From positions 243,026-307,025 of the forward strand of contig JAZJYZ010000001.1 in NCBI GenBank assembly GCA_040390125.1: a DNA stretch of 64,000 nt, written 5' to 3'. Both the position numbers and the translations under genes were made by a program. The stretch is from Patescibacteria group bacterium (lineage in GTDB: Bacteria > Patescibacteriota > Minisyncoccia > Phycocordibacterales > Phycocordibacteraceae). Of the stretch, positions 18,793 through 26,348 are shown piece after piece. The notes beneath the pieces are model-generated. The model was given only the letters and a program-made list of their open reading frames with translations, was not told where the DNA came from and did no database searches. Positions within the stretch are counted from its first letter, which is position 1. Every line of letters starts with the position of its first letter.

Positions 18793-19466
18793 AAAACAAC
18801 CAGCTTTCAGCTTTCAGCTTTCAGCTTTCAGAGGGGATTCGAAACCTCTTTAGTTGGGGAAGTTTGTCTTTAGCCAAAAGCCAAAAGCCAAAAGCCAAAA
18901 GCTTTTCAGTTGCTCGGGGTCTCACCTTGATTGAGCTTCTTGTGGTCATGGGAATTTTTTCGATCATTTCTCTTGTTGTGTTGGCGAATCATTCTCGCTT
19001 CAATAGCTCGGTCTTGCTTGGCAGTCTTGCGTACGACATTGCACTTTCTATTCGTGAGGCACAAGTGTACGGTCTGTCAGTAAAGCAATATGGAAATAAT
19101 TTTCAGGTCGGTTACGGGCTTCGTTTTGCAGGAGCTTCTTCCTATACTTTTTTTGCCGATACGAATGCAAATAAACGATACGACAGCGGAGTTGATTCAA
19201 TTGTGCAGACGTATACGTTTGGTAAGGGGCACACCGTTAAAAGTTTTTGTGGTTTGATGGCAAATGGTGGATCGGAGTGCTCTCAAGGCTCGGGGGCCAT
19301 AACTAACTTAGATATTGTTTTTTTCAGGCCTGAGCCTGATGCAATTGTCTCTTCCAATAGTCCGACGTTATATTCAGGCGGTCAGATTGTTATTACGTCA
19401 CCCTCAGGAGAAACACGCACCATCACGGTTGCTTCGACAGGTCAGATTTCTGTAACTAATCCCTAG
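18780..19466 (+). CDS. minor (pseudo)pilin with prepilin N-terminus; 5' end uncertain
   Basis: Leader ...SFSVARG|LTLIELLVVMGIF. The annotated N-terminus runs through word-repeat DNA (cagctttcagctttcagcttt; ccaaaagccaaaagccaaaagc). A TTG start giving MSLAKSQKPKAKSFSVARG is possible. Confidence 0.6.
   Translation: MVQMKNNQLSAFSFQLSEGIRNLFSWGSLSLAKSQKPKAKSFSVARGLTLIELLVVMGIFSIISLVVLANHSRFNSSVLLGSLAYDIALSIREAQVYGLSVKQYGNNFQVGYGLRFAGASSYTFFADTNANKRYDSGVDSIVQTYTFGKGHTVKSFCGLMANGGSECSQGSGAITNLDIVFFRPEPDAIVSSNSPTLYSGGQIVITSPSGETRTITVASTGQISVTNP
18797..18905. repeat. word arrays (cagctttx3; aaagccax4) inside the annotated 5' end of a minor pilin ORF
   Basis: The same aaagccaaaagccaaaagccaaaagc block recurs at 29936-29962. 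Confidence 0.8.
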
Positions 19467-19467
19467 T

Positions 19468-20163
19468 ATGAAGAAAATAGAAAATAGAAAGTTGAAAGTA
19501 GAAAGACTGCCAAACAGCAGGGGATTCTTCGTTTTTTCCTCTACCTTCTACTCTCTACCTTCTACTCTCTCAATCAACGTGAAGCGAGGCTTCACGTTGA
19601 TTGAGATGATGGTTGCAGTGAGTATCTTTGCAATAGTTATGATGGTGGGAGTCGGTGGCCTTTTATCCTTAGTTGCTACAAATCATCGTGCACAAGCAAT
19701 TCATTCGGTTATGAATAACTTAAGTGCAGCAGTTGAAGGAATGTCTCGCTCAATTCGGGTCGGCACCTTGTATAAATGTGTTACCTCTGCCACCACACCA
19801 CCGTCTGCTCCTCCTCCCTCAACAATTGCAACACCAGAGGATTGTGCATCGGGCGGCGCTCATCTTTTAGCGTTCGAATCATCAACGGGGGAACTTACCG
19901 ATCCAAACGACCAAGTGGTGTATCGGTTAAATGGCACACAATTAGAACGCTCTTTGCAGGGTGGAGCGAATGGTAGTTGGATAGCAATTACCGCTCCCGA
20001 GGTTTCAATTGATAGCTTTGATTTTTATGTTATTGGCTCTGCAAAAGGAGACGGAATACAACCTCGTGTTCTTATGCGTATTATTGGTTCTGCGGAGGTG
20101 CCGGGGGGCACAACCACATTTACGGTGCAAGCAAGCGTCGTTCAGCGAGTTTTGGATATATGA
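19468..20163 (+). CDS. minor pilin with prepilin N-terminus; probable true start GTG at 19579
   Basis: A GTG at 19579 is in frame and gives the canonical MKRG|FTLIEMMVAVSIF. The upstream annotated codons lie in word-repeat DNA (gaaaatagaaaatagaaag; ctaccttctactctctacc). Confidence 0.6.
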   Translation: MKKIENRKLKVERLPNSRGFFVFSSTFYSLPSTLSINVKRGFTLIEMMVAVSIFAIVMMVGVGGLLSLVATNHRAQAIHSVMNNLSAAVEGMSRSIRVGTLYKCVTSATTPPSAPPPSTIATPEDCASGGAHLLAFESSTGELTDPNDQVVYRLNGTQLERSLQGGANGSWIAITAPEVSIDSFDFYVIGSAKGDGIQPRVLMRIIGSAEVPGGTTTFTVQASVVQRVLDI

Positions 20164-20780
20164 AAACAGTGAACAGTGTACAGTGGGCAGTGTATAGAAT
20201 GAAAATCAAGAATTTTTTCACATGGCTTTTCCCTGTTCACCATCCACTGAACACTGTTCACTCAATCAAAGTAAAAGCACTTCGTGCTTTTACTTTGATT
20301 GAGACGTTTGTTGCAATCACTGTTTTGTTGATTTCTCTGGTGGGTCCTTTATCTATTGCTGCACAGTCACTTCGTTTGGCATATTACGCACGTGACCAAG
20401 TGACAGCTTTTTATCTCGCTCAAGAGGCTGTTGAGTATGTCCGTGCTATGCGGGATCAAAATTATCTTGCTACTCAAAATTGGCTTACGGGCATTGATGA
20501 TTGTGTTAATGCGTCCTGCGTTGTTGATTTTCCTAACTTCACGCATCGCACCTGCGGTGTACTTAGTGCGTGCCCTGCAGTTCACGTGAGTACGGCGACG
20601 ATGCTCTATAACGAAGACACAGTAAGTGGGCCTGCATCTCCCTTTACCCGCATCGTGTCCATTACTCCTATTGCTGGAACTGTCGACGAGGTAATTGTCA
20701 CCGTTCGTGTATCGTGGGTCTCAGTGGGTATCAGCCGATCGTTTCAGATTACAGAGCATCTCTTTAACTGGGCAGGATGA
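20160..20780 (+). CDS. minor pilin-like protein (Ala at -1)
   Basis: ...KALRA|FTLIETFVAITVLLISL with Glu at +5. The annotated 5' end overlaps word repeats (gtgaacagtgtacagtgggcagtg). Confidence 0.55.
   Translation: MKTVNSVQWAVYRMKIKNFFTWLFPVHHPLNTVHSIKVKALRAFTLIETFVAITVLLISLVGPLSIAAQSLRLAYYARDQVTAFYLAQEAVEYVRAMRDQNYLATQNWLTGIDDCVNASCVVDFPNFTHRTCGVLSACPAVHVSTATMLYNEDTVSGPASPFTRIVSITPIAGTVDEVIVTVRVSWVSVGISRSFQITEHLFNWAG
20163..20260. repeat. word array in inverted halves (gtgaacagtgtacagtgggcagtg ... ctgttcaccatccactgaacactgttcac)
   Basis: Seen directly in the sequence. It overlaps the annotated start of the third minor pilin. Confidence 0.7.
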
Positions 20781-21322
20781 GTATGAAAAAGTGTACAGGG
20801 TTTAGTGAACAGTGTAGAGGGGCGGAAGAAGCTAATTCTGTTCACAATAGCAGGTACCTGAAATCGCAACGTGGCTTTACGCTTCTTTTGGCAGTCTTGA
20901 TCGGGAGTATTCTCATCGCTATTGGCTCAGCAATTTTCAATATCGTTTCAAAACAAATAATTTTGTCATCGTCTGGGCGTGAATCGCAGTTCGCTTTTTT
21001 TGCGGCAGATACTGGTATTGAGTGTGCATTGTACTGGGATGTGAAACAGAGTGCTTTTGCAACAACATCCCCGTTGACTCAAGTTGCATGTGGTGGTGGT
21101 TTGGCAGATGTAACACGTACTCCTGGAGGTACAGCACTTCGACCAACCTATACGAGCGTATTCTCGTTTCCTCTTGATGGGGGGGTTACTAATCCGTGCG
21201 TCATTGTGACTGTAGTAAAGACGTTCTATCCAACCGAAACAGTGGTTGCGTCCCAAGGCTATAACACGTGCGTCACTACTAACCCTCTGCGTCTTGAGCG
21301 TGCAATTCGAGTGCAGTATTAA
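20777..21322 (+). CDS. pilin-like protein lacking Glu+5 (KSQRG|FTLLLAVLIG)
   Basis: It has a prepilin-like hydrophobic N-terminus but no +5 Glu. The C-terminal domain carries Cys pairs. Confidence 0.45.
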   Translation: MSMKKCTGFSEQCRGAEEANSVHNSRYLKSQRGFTLLLAVLIGSILIAIGSAIFNIVSKQIILSSSGRESQFAFFAADTGIECALYWDVKQSAFATTSPLTQVACGGGLADVTRTPGGTALRPTYTSVFSFPLDGGVTNPCVIVTVVKTFYPTETVVASQGYNTCVTTNPLRLERAIRVQY

Positions 21323-21351
21323 ATTAGGGTATTGCCTCTAGGAGCACTTCT

Positions 21352-21621
21352 ATGCCTCACTTTGTGTATATTCTTGAGTGTGCCGACCCAACACTCTATG
21401 TTGGGTCTACTAATGACTTAGAGAAAAGGCTCAGGCAACATAACCTGGCAAAGGCAGGAGCCCATTACACAAAAATAAGACGGCCGGTCGTTTTGAAGTA
21501 CGCCGAAGAGGTCCCCACGTTTGAGGGAGGTCGTGCCCGTGAGGCCGAAATTAAGAGGATGACCAGAAAAAGCAAGCTAAAGCTCATTGAGTCGAAAACC
21601 ACCCTAGTCAATTCGATGTAG
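21352..21621 (+). CDS. GIY-YIG nuclease superfamily small protein
   Basis: HFVYILECADPTLYVGSTNDLEKRLRQHN...R...E..K matches the GIY-YIG core. Length is 89 aa. Confidence 0.75.
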   Translation: MPHFVYILECADPTLYVGSTNDLEKRLRQHNLAKAGAHYTKIRRPVVLKYAEEVPTFEGGRAREAEIKRMTRKSKLKLIESKTTLVNSM

Positions 21622-21629
21622 GAAATGCG

Positions 21630-23342
21630 ATGGTGCGGTATTCTGTGTCGATGACGCAAGACGACGCACTGACTATTCTGAAGACCGGTGCAAGTGTTTT
21701 TCTTACTGGTGAGCCGGGTAGCGGAAAGACACACACAGTGAACGAATATGTTGCCTGGCTTCGCTCTCACGGGATTGAGCCTGCCATCACTGCTTCAACT
21801 GGTATTGCGGCGACCCACATCGGGGGAGTCACACTTCATTCGTGGAGCGGGATAGGTATTGCAGAGCATCTCTCAAAGCAAGATATTGATGCGATTGCCA
21901 GTAAGGAACACATAGCAAGAAGAATCATGAAGTCGAAGATACTCATCATTGATGAGGTTTCAATGCTTTCAGGCGAAACACTTGCCCTTGCTGAAGCGGT
22001 TGCACGAGAAGTACATCGCACCGATGAAGTATTCGGTGGTATGCAAATTATATTTGTGGGAGATTTTTTTCAGCTACCTCCTGTATCAAGACGTGGGAGC
22101 ATATCTCGTGCATCGTTCGCATTTGAATCATCCGTGTGGAAGGCAGTTAATCCGATAATTTGTTATCTCACTGAACAGCATCGACAAGAAGATGAAATAT
22201 TTCTCTCCGCACTTTCTTCTATCCGAGCAGGTTCTGCCGATGAGGAGACACTACTTTGTTTTCAAGACAGGTCTGTATCCCCGGGTGATGTTTCGCATAC
22301 GATTCCACGTCTTTTTGCTCACAATGTTGACGTTGATCGCATCAATGCAGATGCACTCGAAAAAATTGAGAATCAATCCTCAGTGTTTGTAATGACTGCA
22401 CAAGGTCCTGATGCGTTGGTGCTTGGCCTCAAGAGGGGGTGTTTGTCACCTGAGCAATTATTTCTTAAAAAAGGTGCAGTGGTGATGTGTACAAAAAATA
22501 ATCCAACCGCAGGGTTTGCAAACGGTACGCTCGGTACCGTGATTGGATTTGATGATATGAGCACGTATCCAATTATAAAAACAAAAGACGGGGACGTACT
22601 TGTTATAGAGCCAATGGAGTGGGCGGTGGAGCAGGACGGAAGAGTGCGGGCACGAATTACACAAGTACCGCTTCGTCTGGCATGGGCAATGACCATACAC
22701 AAAAGTCAGGGGATGAGTATGGATGCCGCTGCGATTGATCTCTCGGGTGTCTTTGAGCACGGACATGGGTATGTTGCACTCTCTCGGGTGCGGACCCTCG
22801 GTGGGTTGCATATCTTAGGATGGAGCGAGAGAGCCCTTCTAGTGCATCCTAGGGTAGCAACGCTCGATGTGCAGTTTCGTATCAAGTCCGAGGACGCCAA
22901 AGCAGTGTTTGAAGACATGAGCGATGCAGAGCACTCTGGAATGGAGGAGAATTTTATACGGGCATGTGGCGGTACGCTTGAGATGGCACCATCTTCAAAA
23001 GGAAAAAAGAAAAAAAGTAGCACATACGATACGACGCTCGCCCTTATTCAAGAAGGGCACTCTCTTCTCGACATCGCAAAGATACGGAAACTGAAAGTCG
23101 GCACCCTCATAGACCATCTTGAGAAATTGCTCGCACAAGGCACCTGCAGGGTTGAAGATATGCAGAACATGTTCTCGCCGTACATTATTGAAGCCCTCCC
23201 TGACATTCATGAGGCATTTACATTGGAGGGTTCAGAGCGTCTCAGTCCAGTATTTGAGCGTCTGAAAGGGGCTTATTCGTATGAAGATCTTCGCATTGCA
23301 CGTTTATTTTTTCTAAATACACCCCACTCTTTGGTGGGGTAG
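21630..23342 (+). CDS. Pif1/RecD-family ATP-dependent DNA helicase with C-terminal HTH-like domain
   Basis: Walker A TGEPGSGKTHTV. Also KILIIDEVSML, GDFFQLPPV and the C-terminal UvrD_C_2-like segment AMTIHKSQGMS. The C-terminus has an HTH-like segment LLDIAKIRKLKVGTLIDHLEKL. Confidence 0.8.
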   Translation: MVRYSVSMTQDDALTILKTGASVFLTGEPGSGKTHTVNEYVAWLRSHGIEPAITASTGIAATHIGGVTLHSWSGIGIAEHLSKQDIDAIASKEHIARRIMKSKILIIDEVSMLSGETLALAEAVAREVHRTDEVFGGMQIIFVGDFFQLPPVSRRGSISRASFAFESSVWKAVNPIICYLTEQHRQEDEIFLSALSSIRAGSADEETLLCFQDRSVSPGDVSHTIPRLFAHNVDVDRINADALEKIENQSSVFVMTAQGPDALVLGLKRGCLSPEQLFLKKGAVVMCTKNNPTAGFANGTLGTVIGFDDMSTYPIIKTKDGDVLVIEPMEWAVEQDGRVRARITQVPLRLAWAMTIHKSQGMSMDAAAIDLSGVFEHGHGYVALSRVRTLGGLHILGWSERALLVHPRVATLDVQFRIKSEDAKAVFEDMSDAEHSGMEENFIRACGGTLEMAPSSKGKKKKSSTYDTTLALIQEGHSLLDIAKIRKLKVGTLIDHLEKLLAQGTCRVEDMQNMFSPYIIEALPDIHEAFTLEGSERLSPVFERLKGAYSYEDLRIARLFFLNTPHSLVG

Positions 23343-23366
23343 AAAGGGGTATGATAGGCTGAATCT

Positions 23367-23894
23367 ATGGGTCATAAAGCACTGTGGGCGGGTATAGGAG
23401 TATTGGTAATTGCTCTCGTAGCGGGGGCGTTTTTGTTCTATCCGAAAGAAACTACTCCGCAGACAACTCTCTGCACCATGGAAGCAAAGATCTGTCCGGA
23501 TGGAAGTGCAGTTGGTCGCACGGGTCCGCAATGTGAATTTACTGCTTGCCCCACACCGGCATTGGTTTGGAGTTTTAAAGATAAAGGAGAGGATACGGTA
23601 ACTGGTGTTCCCCACACGGAAGTAACACTTACGATGAACAATACGAAGTACGAAGCAGGCACCTATGAAGGTAATTGTAGTGAAATTGTTGGTTCGAGTT
23701 GGCAACTTATGGCAGGCGAGCAGTCGGGAGTTATTTGTTGGTGGGCAGGCGGAGGCACAGAGCTCGGTGTTTTTGAAGAGAATGGTCAATTAGTTATTAA
23801 GAAAGGTCTCTTAGACGAGGGAGGTGCTGAAACGCCAGGCCTTCGAGGTAATTTTGAGACGTTCCTGAAGCTCGAAGTTCAACCTGCCACCTGA
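23367..23894 (+). CDS. hypothetical Cys-rich secreted or membrane-anchored protein
   Basis: N-terminal TM helix. Cys-containing segment CTMEAKICPDGSAVGRTGPQCEFTACP. Confidence 0.4.
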   Translation: MGHKALWAGIGVLVIALVAGAFLFYPKETTPQTTLCTMEAKICPDGSAVGRTGPQCEFTACPTPALVWSFKDKGEDTVTGVPHTEVTLTMNNTKYEAGTYEGNCSEIVGSSWQLMAGEQSGVICWWAGGGTELGVFEENGQLVIKKGLLDEGGAETPGLRGNFETFLKLEVQPAT

Positions 23895-23942
23895 GCGTGC
23901 GGCTCTAAGTGTATGTATTTTTTTTGAGAGATTGCTCGCTGT

Positions 23943-25505
23943 ATGCTTCATAACGCTCATTACTATTCTGACGGCTTCGCCATTTTTTTTATTGTCACTC
24001 TTTTGGCATTGATCACGTATTCGGCATTCTCAAATCCCTATGGCCGGATGAGTCGGGTGAGAAATCCTTTTGAAACAAAAATTCAAGGCAGAACCATCAA
24101 ACTGTTAAAGCGTTTCAAGTTACAAGTCTGCACGTCGTTGTTTTGGAGGAGCTTCGCATATGCAAAATGTGCATGGCACATTATCTCGAACGTGCACGCT
24201 GGCGATAAGGCGAGAAGTAGAAGTTTGGAAGGGGTTATCCGAGACATTCATACGGTGCGGTTCAATCCGAAAAGGCCCTATTTAATCTCGGGGGATCATT
24301 TCAATGTATTTTATCCACGCAATCTCGGCGTTTTTTATTATGCGATGCTTGATCCTAGAACTGCACTAGGGAAAAGTGATTGGCAGAATCGACAGAGAAT
24401 CTATTTACAGACTGTTGCATACGCTATTGCAGCGTTCGGGGAGCGGGGCGATTGCACCACCACTATAGTGCCCGTAGGCACGAGATCAGTGAGTTGCATC
24501 AATATCTATCACTATCCTTCCGATGCACTCTATGGCGTTTTGTTTGGTCTTGCCACACTTCTCGATAATTCTTTTTTCATGAAGCGATATCCATTCGAGT
24601 CGGAAAATAGTTTTCGTCTCGATACAAAAGAAGCAGCGGAAGGTCTTCTTGAAGAGAGTGCTGATACTCTCTCAATGCTTATTACAAAGTACTACAACCA
24701 GGTGTTTGACCAAGAATCAGGACTCATTCGGAAAGATATTCATATTTCATCTGCAAAGGACATCACGATGCGAAATAGTGCCTTCTATGACAACGTAATT
24801 TTCTGGAAAACGTTTATGCTCGCAAGACAGCTTGGCTTGGAGAATATCCCGGAAGTTGATTTGCCTAAGCTGAAAGCACGCATCCTTAAAACCTATTGGC
24901 AGGAAACAGAAGGATATTTCCTCGAAGATCTCTCTTCCGAAGGGGTTGCTGGAAAATACTATTCAGCAGATTGGCTCGCAGCGTATTTCACCGGGTTTCT
25001 TGACACAGCGAAAAGCGAAGAGCGTCGCTATCTTGAGCGTGCTGCTCTCTATACTATAAAAGAAGGGATTGATATGCCGTTTCCTCTGCGGTATCAGCAG
25101 ACCGATAGGGCATCACGTCAGGTTCCGATAGTGCGTATGGTAGTTGCGTCCTACGGAGGCACTGCTATCTGGAGCTTCTGGGGGGCAGAGTTTATTAAGC
25201 TACTGGTTGCACTCGGAGAACATGAGAAAGACGACGCATTTCTAGAGCGAGCGGCGAGACATATTGCTGCATACGGGAAAAATATGGTTCGCTACCACGG
25301 CTATCCGGAAGTGTATGATACAGAAGGAAATATGTTGCGTACCCCCCTTTATAACAGCGTTCGCCAGACAGGGTGGGTGGTCGGCTTCGAGCAGGCAGTC
25401 GCTATGTTTAAATCAATGTCAGTGCGTATGGCGTCAAAGCAAGTGGTGGTTATTGAGGGCATTCAGACTGATCTTGCCTCCTTTGAGCTTGCAGAGAGCA
25501 TCTAA
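23943..25505 (+). CDS. hypothetical membrane-anchored 520-aa protein (possible alpha/alpha-toroid glycosidase-like fold; unsupported by motifs)
   Basis: Long ORF with clean codon usage and an N-terminal TM. I recognised no family signature. Confidence 0.4.
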   Translation: MLHNAHYYSDGFAIFFIVTLLALITYSAFSNPYGRMSRVRNPFETKIQGRTIKLLKRFKLQVCTSLFWRSFAYAKCAWHIISNVHAGDKARSRSLEGVIRDIHTVRFNPKRPYLISGDHFNVFYPRNLGVFYYAMLDPRTALGKSDWQNRQRIYLQTVAYAIAAFGERGDCTTTIVPVGTRSVSCINIYHYPSDALYGVLFGLATLLDNSFFMKRYPFESENSFRLDTKEAAEGLLEESADTLSMLITKYYNQVFDQESGLIRKDIHISSAKDITMRNSAFYDNVIFWKTFMLARQLGLENIPEVDLPKLKARILKTYWQETEGYFLEDLSSEGVAGKYYSADWLAAYFTGFLDTAKSEERRYLERAALYTIKEGIDMPFPLRYQQTDRASRQVPIVRMVVASYGGTAIWSFWGAEFIKLLVALGEHEKDDAFLERAARHIAAYGKNMVRYHGYPEVYDTEGNMLRTPLYNSVRQTGWVVGFEQAVAMFKSMSVRMASKQVVVIEGIQTDLASFELAESI

Positions 25506-25516
25506 CCAAAAGGGGT

Positions 25517-26182
25517 ATGTTTCAAAAAACACATAAGGGAGCAGTAATTCGTGGGAGCATCGGACGGTGGGTAGTTCTTTTACTCGCATTCGTTTTTTTC
25601 TTGTCATTATGGGTTTTTAATAATCAGTCTGTACTTGCAACGCTTTTTGGAAACAGAGTACTTGCTGAAAACGTAGAACCACCTGTCAGTTGGCGTACCT
25701 TGAATTCAACGAAACTTGGCATTTCTATTTTATATCCACCTAACTTTGTTGTTGATTCTTCGTACGTCTATACCCAACTCAGTCCACGGGCTGGTATTAA
25801 CGGTGTGAAATTTACTATTCCTGAGTCGGATGCCAAGGGCACTAATCTTTCTCATTTTGATACCGGTGTTTCTGTTGAGGTGCTCCCCCGTGAGACTGCG
25901 TGCATTGGCACTAGTTTTGTTGAGGGGAGTCTTGCCTCGGACACGTTAACAGAAAGAGGTGTTACCTATGCAGTGGTAAAAACCGCAGGTGCAGGAGTAG
26001 GAAATTTCTATGAGGAAACCGTATACGTGATTGTGGGAAGTGTGCCGTGCACAGCGGTACGGTATTTCCTTCACTCAACTAATATTCAGAATTATGAACC
26101 CGGCACCATTGTTGCATTCAATAAACCAGAACTTTTGAAGGAATTTGATATGATTCGACGCTCACTCATACTCACGCACTGA
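25517..26182 (+). CDS. hypothetical secreted protein
   Basis: N-terminal TM/signal segment, followed by a predicted beta-rich region. Confidence 0.4.
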   Translation: MFQKTHKGAVIRGSIGRWVVLLLAFVFFLSLWVFNNQSVLATLFGNRVLAENVEPPVSWRTLNSTKLGISILYPPNFVVDSSYVYTQLSPRAGINGVKFTIPESDAKGTNLSHFDTGVSVEVLPRETACIGTSFVEGSLASDTLTERGVTYAVVKTAGAGVGNFYEETVYVIVGSVPCTAVRYFLHSTNIQNYEPGTIVAFNKPELLKEFDMIRRSLILTH

Positions 26183-26348
26183 AGATAAAATAAATCTTGC
26201 AAAGAAGCCTGGGTGTCAAAGGAATCGCTATTTTTAATATACATGCAGGCGAAGAGTCCAGTTTATGGCATCTCTTGGGGGCATTTAACCTGTACTCGAA
26301 TTTCAAAAAATTTTGAGGAGGGGCTTTTTTCCTTTAGAATAGGGGTAT

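Noticed and set aside
26183-26348. Purine or ZTP riboswitch upstream of purL
   Set aside because: The leader lacks the conserved J1-2 UAUAAU, P2/P3 loop motifs of the purine riboswitch and the pfl/ZTP GGGUCG...CCGACCGCCUGGGCA core.
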